Positions 57,738 to 64,000 of a DNA stretch of 64,000 nt are shown piece by piece. The notes under the pieces were generated by a model. That model worked only from the letters and a program-made list of their open reading frames with translations, was not told the origin of the DNA and searched no databases. Within the stretch, counting starts at the first letter, position 1, and each line of letters starts with the position of its first letter. Both the position numbers and the translations under genes were made by a program. Source of the stretch: a virus. The DNA lies in IMG/VR virus record IMGVR_UViG_3300019472_000035, positions 1-64,000 of that record, one strand, 5' to 3'.

Positions 57738-58067
57738 ATGTTATTCAAATTTTCAAATCAAACAACAACAACATTCGTAAAAACGTTTATCTTCAATGCC
57801 AAAACGGCAGACATCATCATTCTGGATAATGAATTGTCGAACATGAAAATTCATGTTCCAGTCAGTCGAATTGATGCAGATTTGTTGAACAAAATGTTCA
57901 ATACTATGACGCATAAATTGCTGAACGATGCGTTGGATAACAACATTCCATACGTATACGTCAACTTGCGATTGTTCGTTGAGAACTATGAAAAGTCACT
58001 TGCTGCTGGTTATGAATCCATTGGATACGACCGAACAACTGGTTGCAAGAAAAGCGTTACGTTTTAA
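57738..58067 (+). CDS. Hypothetical protein
   Basis: TAGGAGGAACATTATG start at 57738. Confidence 0.55.
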   Translation: MLFKFSNQTTTTFVKTFIFNAKTADIIILDNELSNMKIHVPVSRIDADLLNKMFNTMTHKLLNDALDNNIPYVYVNLRLFVENYEKSLAAGYESIGYDRTTGCKKSVTF

Positions 58068-58418
58068 TTGGGGGTGACACAATTGGCAGATTTACCACGG
58101 TTTTTACAACACTTGAAATGTTTCGATGGTTGGAAAGTCCAAAGTGACCCCAAAGAAGCCGTTAAGCGGTACTATGAAAAGCATCCGAATGAACTAAAGA
58201 AGAAACGCAAGCCAAAGCCAAAGCCAAAACGAATGTATGGCAAAAGTTATGGAGCGTTGGATTTACCACCACGACCATGTGAAGAGTGTGGTCAAATGTT
58301 TAAACCACGTCAAATACGTTCTCGGTTTTGTTCACACAAATGCAGTGGTCGTTACCACAGTCGTAAACAGTATGCAAAACTGAGGGAACAAGATTTATAC
58401 TTACAGGAGGGAATATAA
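58068..58418 (+). CDS. Basic zinc-ribbon protein (KRKPKPKPK, CEECG...CSHKC)
   Basis: Start uncertain (TTG 58068, GTG 58074 or TTG 58083 after GGGGGTGA). Confidence 0.45.
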   Translation: MGVTQLADLPRFLQHLKCFDGWKVQSDPKEAVKRYYEKHPNELKKKRKPKPKPKRMYGKSYGALDLPPRPCEECGQMFKPRQIRSRFCSHKCSGRYHSRKQYAKLREQDLYLQEGI

Positions 58419-58419
58419 A

Positions 58420-58617
58420 TTGAATATCATAACACAAATCAAAAATGATTGTTACTCACGTGCCAAATGGGTGCGTGAACAAACTGCACAGGGCATCCCA
58501 TTAGATGAACTAGAGTTGCAATCTGCACGTAATCTGGCGTATAACGCCTTTAAATGGGATTTTGATTCAGCAGCAACTGAACTACAAGAAGCCATTGCAG
58601 AAAACCAAACCTTATAA
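58420..58617 (+). CDS. Small hypothetical protein
   Basis: GGAGGGAATATAAATTG start. Confidence 0.4.
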   Translation: MNIITQIKNDCYSRAKWVREQTAQGIPLDELELQSARNLAYNAFKWDFDSAATELQEAIAENQTL

Positions 58618-58641
58618 TTAAAATACAAAGGAGATAAAACA

Positions 58642-59079
58642 TTGTCAAACAGAACTTACAAACCACGGAATTTACTATTGGATGCTACTGTAGGGTATCC
58701 ATTGGCACACTATGTTGAAAACTTAGCCAGCAACATTGATATGAACAAAGATAATACCAATGTAGAACTGAATACGTTACGCTTGTCCATTTACAAGGGT
58801 ATCTTAAATGTGTTACAACAAGATGCACTAAGCGTTGAAAAATTACAGGGACAAATCGCAGAATGGAAAGCCATTAAGAAAATCGAAGACATCTCCAAGT
58901 TAATTAATGACGTAGACACATCTACGTTGACTAAAGATGATTTAAAGAACGTCAAACGTGCTATTAAGGAGTTAGACGAAGTCGTGACATCTATTGTCGC
59001 TGGGATAAACAAGGTCATGGACAAATGTGCCACACTTGCGAACAAGCATGAAAACCTAGTAGAAAAAACGGAGGATTAG
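58642..59079 (+). CDS. Hypothetical coiled-coil protein
   Basis: AAGGAGATAAAACATTG start. Confidence 0.5.
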   Translation: MSNRTYKPRNLLLDATVGYPLAHYVENLASNIDMNKDNTNVELNTLRLSIYKGILNVLQQDALSVEKLQGQIAEWKAIKKIEDISKLINDVDTSTLTKDDLKNVKRAIKELDEVVTSIVAGINKVMDKCATLANKHENLVEKTED

Positions 59080-59083
59080 AACA

Positions 59084-59443
59084 TTGTCATACAGAACATT
59101 TAGCCAAGTCATGTACCGTGTGGAAAACGTATATCGTTTATTACCACCAGATTTCTTTAAGGGCAACTATGAAACCTATGTCGTGAATACGGAAGACGGT
59201 CATATGTTAGCGTTCAATCGTAAACGCAAAGAATACGATGTGGTCAAACAAACTACTGAATTGTTTTTCTACAGAAACAACGGTATGTTGACACATTATT
59301 CTCACAGTCACGGTATTTTCGATGGTGAACCAACGATGCATTGGGTCAAACGTGACGACCAATTTAATGACGAAGAATACGACTTCATTTGTCAAATTGA
59401 TGATGCCTTATTGTGTCAGTCTTCCGAGGAGGGGTGGTTATAA
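59084..59443 (+). CDS. Hypothetical protein
   Basis: GGAGGATTAGAACATTG start. Confidence 0.5.
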   Translation: MSYRTFSQVMYRVENVYRLLPPDFFKGNYETYVVNTEDGHMLAFNRKRKEYDVVKQTTELFFYRNNGMLTHYSHSHGIFDGEPTMHWVKRDDQFNDEEYDFICQIDDALLCQSSEEGWL

Positions 59444-59463
59444 AAACCACCCATGATACCATT

Positions 59464-59778
59464 ATGAATGAACAACAATTGATGAAAACCATCGAAGACC
59501 AAAACCAAGTGATTATCGCCAAGGATGCCACAATTGAGTTGTTGCGTAAAGACTTAAGGGATGCAAAATGTGAATTAAACGAGTTGTATTTCGACAGGTC
59601 ATGGCAGAAGATGCAAAGAGAATATTTGACCGAAGCTATAATGCAAAAGTCAGTCAAAATCATTGGTGGCTTTGAATACGGCACCAGATATATACCATTG
59701 TATTTTGCTATTACGTTAAACATTGCAACTATTGCCTTTGGATTGTTTATATTGTCTACGATGGGAGTATTCAAATGA
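59464..59778 (+). CDS. Small protein with a coiled coil + C-terminal TM
   Basis: ATG at 59464. Preceded by an 8-bp hairpin GGGTGGTT ataa AACCACCC that spans the upstream stop. Confidence 0.45.
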   Translation: MNEQQLMKTIEDQNQVIIAKDATIELLRKDLRDAKCELNELYFDRSWQKMQREYLTEAIMQKSVKIIGGFEYGTRYIPLYFAITLNIATIAFGLFILSTMGVFK

Positions 59779-60197
59779 TTATAGAACCAATGGACGACTT
59801 TTGGAAACAAATGTTGGACGAACTGGAGAATACAACGAATGAAGAATGGATGCAGCTTATTGAAGACTACGAAAGGGAGAACCGACCAATGCTAGAAGCC
59901 ATTGAATTATGCAATCAAATATTGGAACTGATTGAAGACTTGAATGAGCCACGGCTTTTACGTTTCGATGATATTACCATCGTTTCTAGTTTTGGTTCAT
60001 ACAATTGCTATGGCGACGAATGTTATTCTATGGTTGTTAAAATCTATACAGAAGAAAAATTAGATTTATTCATTGACAAAACAACGCACTATGGTTTAGA
60101 ATATGAAGTAACAAATAGAGAAATTGATAAAATTTCATTTTTACAACATATCGTTGAATTGTTAAAACTAAGATTGGAGCGTAACAAACATGAGTAA
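59775..60197 (+). CDS. Acidic hypothetical protein
   Basis: ATGA overlap. Confidence 0.5.
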   Translation: MIIEPMDDFWKQMLDELENTTNEEWMQLIEDYERENRPMLEAIELCNQILELIEDLNEPRLLRFDDITIVSSFGSYNCYGDECYSMVVKIYTEEKLDLFIDKTTHYGLEYEVTNREIDKISFLQHIVELLKLRLERNKHE

Positions 60198-60227
60198 CAT
60201 TCGTCGCCATCTGGAGAAGAATCTATT

Positions 60228-60488
60228 GTGAGTTCTTTTATTACTAAACTAGAAGAATTAAACAATAAACCAAAGAAACAATACAAAATCAAGGCACATT
60301 ATGGTACAATCTACAGATTTGTTACCGTTGAAAGCCATAGAACGGCAACAGAATTATTGGATTATTATGTGGCACTCATCCATAGTGGCAGACATGTGTA
60401 TATCCAAAACATGGATAACAACGATAATGAAGCCTGTGTTTTAAAACTTAATGATGCCGATGCGTTTGCCGTTCTATCTCTGGAATAA
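60228..60488 (+). CDS. Small hypothetical protein
   Basis: GTG start. Confidence 0.4.
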   Translation: MSSFITKLEELNNKPKKQYKIKAHYGTIYRFVTVESHRTATELLDYYVALIHSGRHVYIQNMDNNDNEACVLKLNDADAFAVLSLE

Positions 60489-60500
60489 CAGGAGGATTAA

Positions 60501-60899
60501 ATGTATATCACCGACAAAAACACCTACTGTTGGACTACCGATGATTCTTGTGGTGAACCGCAAAAGACCATTGCAGATGCCATTCAAGATTTCTATGCAG
60601 ACGATTGGGAAAATCTTGATTGTCCAACGGTTGACATCGGACATCCATCGTATTATATCCCAGATATGTTTAACGCAGAGCAACTAATGTGGGATATGAA
60701 CGACAAAATCGAAGAAGATTATGACATCGCATTAAACGATGAATTAACCGTTGAACAAGACATGGAATTGGAAGAACGGTTACAACAGACGTTGTATCAA
60801 TTCTTAAAAGAACATAATCTTGACAAGCGTATATGGACTGTGTTTGAATCAACGGAATACAGACCAGAAGATTTTGGTATTAACCTACAGGATTTCTAA
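60501..60899 (+). CDS. Acidic hypothetical protein
   Basis: CAGGAGGATTAAATG start. Confidence 0.5.
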   Translation: MYITDKNTYCWTTDDSCGEPQKTIADAIQDFYADDWENLDCPTVDIGHPSYYIPDMFNAEQLMWDMNDKIEEDYDIALNDELTVEQDMELEERLQQTLYQFLKEHNLDKRIWTVFESTEYRPEDFGINLQDF

Positions 60900-60913
60900 C
60901 CAACGGAGGGAAC

Positions 60914-61222
60914 ATGGAAGTTTATATTTTTCAAAAGAACAAACGATGTCCGTATCTGCACTACAGTTTTCTAGTAATAGAAATAGAACAGTATGCCAAT
61001 GAGAACTTGGACTGGACTAAAGCGGAACACCAAGTTGATATTCCGTTTTTATACAAATGGTTATCTGATGCACACCAACGGAAAGAATCTTATCTAAAAG
61101 ATTGTAATGAAACACAAGGTCTTATTTATCGAATATCATTAGATACGTTGCAAGATATTATTGATATTGTAGAACCTATGAGTGGAGAAAGTCATTTTCA
61201 GGTTTATTTAACACGATTTTAA
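60914..61222 (+). CDS. Hypothetical protein
   Basis: ACGGAGGGAACATG start. Confidence 0.5.
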   Translation: MEVYIFQKNKRCPYLHYSFLVIEIEQYANENLDWTKAEHQVDIPFLYKWLSDAHQRKESYLKDCNETQGLIYRISLDTLQDIIDIVEPMSGESHFQVYLTRF

Positions 61223-61237
61223 CCCCTAGGAGGACAC

Positions 61238-61999
61238 ATGGAATACTTAAATATTATCGAAGAAAATTTTACAAAAGCCGACTATGTTGCATACCTAAGA
61301 GGTAGCATACTGATGTGGTTATTGGAAGACAAACCTTTTGATACAACACAGTTCAAGTTATATGCAGATAAACTTGTGGAAGTTTTAAGCGAGCAACCAG
61401 CAGATGAAAAACCTGTTAAAATAGATGTTTTCCGCCCAATTGTTAAATCTATTGAAGAAACACATGCCGAACCAACTGTTGACACAGATGAACCAAAGGT
61501 GCAACCAAAACACAAGTTCAAACTTGGTGACCATGTTGTGGTCGGTAAAGGCACAGAAGATGAACGCACAGGTGTAATTGTTAGATTACCGATGGATGGC
61601 GTAGATTGTCGCACAAGCTATGTTGTTGATTTAGACGACAAAAACTTGGGATGGGAAGCCTCGGTTGCAGTCGATGGTGTCGATTGTAAAAACGCATGGG
61701 TTGCTGGTGCGAATAAAATGGAGTTGTTGCCAAAGCAACCAAAAACCCTAAAGAAAGACACATGGTATCATACCAAAGATTTCACACTAGAAGAATTGAA
61801 AGAACTGTTGCCAAAGGGAACAACCATCCTAGTTGAAAAACCAGTATTATACGATGGTATTGAAACAACGCCACCAACAGAAACACGAACAACTACGGTT
61901 GAAAATATTACAACTTCTTTTTTGACTGAAGAACCGTTGATTGAAACTACAAGTGGAACATTTTTAAAAGAATGGTTTATGCTGCAAGGGGAGGAATAA
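61238..61999 (+). CDS. Hypothetical protein
   Basis: TAGGAGGACACATG start. Confidence 0.55.
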   Translation: MEYLNIIEENFTKADYVAYLRGSILMWLLEDKPFDTTQFKLYADKLVEVLSEQPADEKPVKIDVFRPIVKSIEETHAEPTVDTDEPKVQPKHKFKLGDHVVVGKGTEDERTGVIVRLPMDGVDCRTSYVVDLDDKNLGWEASVAVDGVDCKNAWVAGANKMELLPKQPKTLKKDTWYHTKDFTLEELKELLPKGTTILVEKPVLYDGIETTPPTETRTTTVENITTSFLTEEPLIETTSGTFLKEWFMLQGEE

Positions 62000-62000
62000 T

Positions 62001-62300
62001 ATGACACATACGGAAGCACAACTTTTAGATAAATTACTAAGGGAAGATGGTAATACGGAATTATTACCAGAATTAATCTGGGACACACCAGAGTTCTTAA
62101 ATCAGATTGATGAAAAGCTAAGAGATGTAGACGAGTACTATCATACCAAAGATTACATCTATGAATGTGACGATGGTCGATACTTTTGTCTAACAGTCAC
62201 ACAACACAGTTCTATGGGTGACTTTGGAAGTGCATACTTCTATGAGGTATTCCCAAAAGAAGTTACTACTACTGTTTATTTGTCAGAGAAAGACCAATGA
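62001..62300 (+). CDS. Acidic hypothetical protein
   Basis: GGGGAGGAATAATATG start. Confidence 0.5.
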   Translation: MTHTEAQLLDKLLREDGNTELLPELIWDTPEFLNQIDEKLRDVDEYYHTKDYIYECDDGRYFCLTVTQHSSMGDFGSAYFYEVFPKEVTTTVYLSEKDQ

Positions 62301-62447
62301 ATGATAGACACAGACAACGCAGAAAGATTCTAAAAAGAAACTATGATTTGTTGATTTTGCATCTAGTGGCTTTACTGGATGAAGAAACCAAGCAACAAAT
62401 TCGCCAAGGTGTAAGACATTTAGCAAGAGAAAGTGAGGACTTATAAT
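62298..62447 (+). CDS. Small basic protein (49 aa, below the ORF-track cutoff)
   Basis: ATGA overlap at both ends (62298 and 62444-62448), consistent with translational coupling. Confidence 0.4.
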
Positions 62448-62868
62448 GGACATCGAAATTAATAACCAAGGTGCAGCCGTTGTAGAACCCAAAAATAAGA
62501 AACCAAAAATGCCATTACGGTATCAACTAGAGATGGAATTATTAGCGAACCAAAACTCACGTTTGCTGGAGCAACGGAATAAATTATTGGATATGGTCGA
62601 ACGGTTACAATCTACGGAACATAAACCAGCAGATGTCAAAATCGAAATGATGCAAACACCAGCTGGATATGTCAAAGTCGGTGATGTGATTGGGTACGAC
62701 CGCAGTAATAAACGTATCCGATTTGGTACTGTTAGTAAGCTAAATAAAGCTGGAGTGATTTGGCTGACACATTCGTATTGCGTTGTGTTTGGTGACGATG
62801 GCAAACAGGCGATTTACCAATCGATGGATGGTGCTATTGAGCGGTATCGTGTATGCAAGGTGTTATAA
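62446..62868 (+). CDS. Hypothetical protein (last gene of the long + operon)
   Basis: 140-aa ORF. Confidence 0.55.
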   Translation: MDIEINNQGAAVVEPKNKKPKMPLRYQLEMELLANQNSRLLEQRNKLLDMVERLQSTEHKPADVKIEMMQTPAGYVKVGDVIGYDRSNKRIRFGTVSKLNKAGVIWLTHSYCVVFGDDGKQAIYQSMDGAIERYRVCKVL

Positions 62869-62962
62869 TCCAATAATGCACAACCCAATTCCAAAAAATT
62901 AAAAACCAAAAAATAAAAAACAAGATTTCAAAAAATAAAACGCAGAATTTTCATAATTCGTG

Positions 62963-62992
62963 TTGACGTTTACAATCTTGATATGGTATAAT
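62963..62992 (+). promoter_or_regulatory. Promoter TTGACG-N18-TGgTATAAT (same TATGGTATAATG family)
   Basis: gtgttgacgtttacaatcttgatatggTATAATg. Confidence 0.65.
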
Positions 62993-62998
62993 GTGGTT

Positions 62999-63179
62999 GT
63001 CGGTGGTTAGTCACCTCTATAATATGTCTAATTTATACACTACAAAACAAAAACCACCTTCATTAACTCGTTGTGTAGTCAATCGAAACCACCGACAAAC
63101 ATTTGATATAAACCACGGTATATCACGGTAACACCACCGTTTGGTGTGACCATTGTCCACGATACCGTGGTCTTTTTTT
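62999..63179 (+). ncRNA. Candidate ~180-nt small noncoding RNA (promoter to terminator, no ORF with RBS)
   Basis: A 12-bp perfect long-range stem TTGTCGGTGGTT (62997-63008) / AACCACCGACAA (63087-63098). Then a compound terminator hairpin ACCACGGTAT...ATACCGTGG (63112-63170) + T8. Confidence 0.5.
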
Positions 63180-63660
63180 ATGTCTATACATATGAATGAT
63201 TGTCCATGTGTTCATCCATGTGTTGCACGTGGTCAATCTACGGTGCGTACCATCATCACATACATACGCACATATCAAACAATATCTAATGTTTGCACAT
63301 ATTACATATATTCCACATAATAAATACGTTGACCGCATCGCACGCTGCATCCATTATTAATACCATTGATAATACCATGTGTGACAACCATAATTAATGC
63401 CGTTCGTATGACCATGTGATACAACCCATGTATCAACCACATGATATTCTATGATGATAATACCAATAAAATCCATTCTATGGCTCTCTGTGGTGCGTTT
63501 ACACGAAGTGACGTATGTTTATATACCCCACCTATTTTAAACGCCATATAACGCAAATAAACGAATTTTCGTATATCTCCACGGAATTTTTAACCCTATA
63601 TATACATATGCTACCCCATATATAATAAACAATGATTATCACCACGGATTTTTTATTTAT

Positions 63661-63724
63661 AGATACATATATATATACATATGTCCACCTATTTTTTAAT
63701 ACATATGTATATATATATGTATCT
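63661..63724. repeat. Perfect 24-bp inverted repeat AGATACATATATATATACATATGT / ACATATGTATATATATATGTATCT separated by 16 bp
   Basis: Direct reading; (TA)n-rich palindrome in the noncoding junction region. Confidence 0.7.
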
Positions 63725-64000
63725 ATTTGTTTTTTCATCGGTACTTCTAGTTGACCGCCCAAGTCGTTCTCAATGCGTTCTCAATCAGTAGTCACACGCT
63801 GCACACACGACCATTCCATGGATTACTTTTTGTAATACACTCATGCGTTTTAATCAATCGAAGAAATTCAATATATTTATATCGAATGTTTTCTATATGG
63901 TTGCATACAATAGGAATATACAAAATCGTTCTATGGTGTAGACAATTGAACACAACTATAATTATAACAATTGTATTGTATACAATATAATAACGTACGT

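Noticed and set aside
63530-63760. (TA)n-rich sequence considered as a possible CRISPR-like or tandem array
   Set aside because: No regularly spaced direct repeats with unique spacers. It is an inverted repeat or low complexity, reported as a palindrome instead. No CRISPR array anywhere in the window.

Overview
The window looks like a complete or near-complete tailed-phage genome of about 64 kb with roughly 40% GC. Nearly all genes are on the + strand. A roughly 2.7 kb AT-rich noncoding junction spans both window ends (62869-64000 and 1-1640).

Genome order:
- 1642-2431 (-): small membrane protein and a short tyrosine recombinase.
- 2540-25980 (+): lambda-like siphovirus structural module. 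It runs small and large terminase, portal, scaffold, major capsid, head-tail genes, major tail, chaperone pair with a -1 frameshift, tape measure with embedded peptidase, K/M/L-like tip proteins, J-like host-specificity protein and a collagen-like fibre.
- 26050-28040 (+): lysis cassette. It has two membrane proteins, an amidase_2 endolysin and spanin-like ORFs.
- 28161-31307 (-): a lone DnaE-type polymerase.
- 31430-62868 (+): a long early operon. It encodes an SSB-like protein, DnaG primase, DnaB helicase, two C5-methyltransferase-like genes, a DUF2829-like small protein, RusA, dUTPase, ThyX, a dNMP kinase, a PNK-like kinase, a metallophosphoesterase, a sigma-like regulator, a YadA-like trimeric-autotransporter-like protein, and many small acidic hypothetical proteins.
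- 41922-43712: a 1.8 kb tRNA island inside the early operon. It holds at least four tRNAs with encoded CCA (Ser-GCU, Thr-UGU, Ser-UGA and one undetermined), one tRNA-like gene, and two 57-58 nt anticodon-arm-less tRNA-like elements.

The host is probably Gram-negative: spanin-like genes, a globular amidase endolysin, and a YadA-type anchor all point that way.

Several regulatory and noncoding features are visible:
- Consensus sigma70 promoters sharing a TATGGTA(T/C)AATG motif.
- Several strong rho-independent terminators.
- An iteron-like repeat cluster with a 15-bp inverted repeat upstream of the early operon.
- A promoter-to-terminator unit with no ORF, likely a small RNA.
- A perfect 24-bp palindrome.
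- ACAATCG repeat arrays next to the recombinase.

Everything here is read from the sequence and from recalled family motifs. No database search was run.
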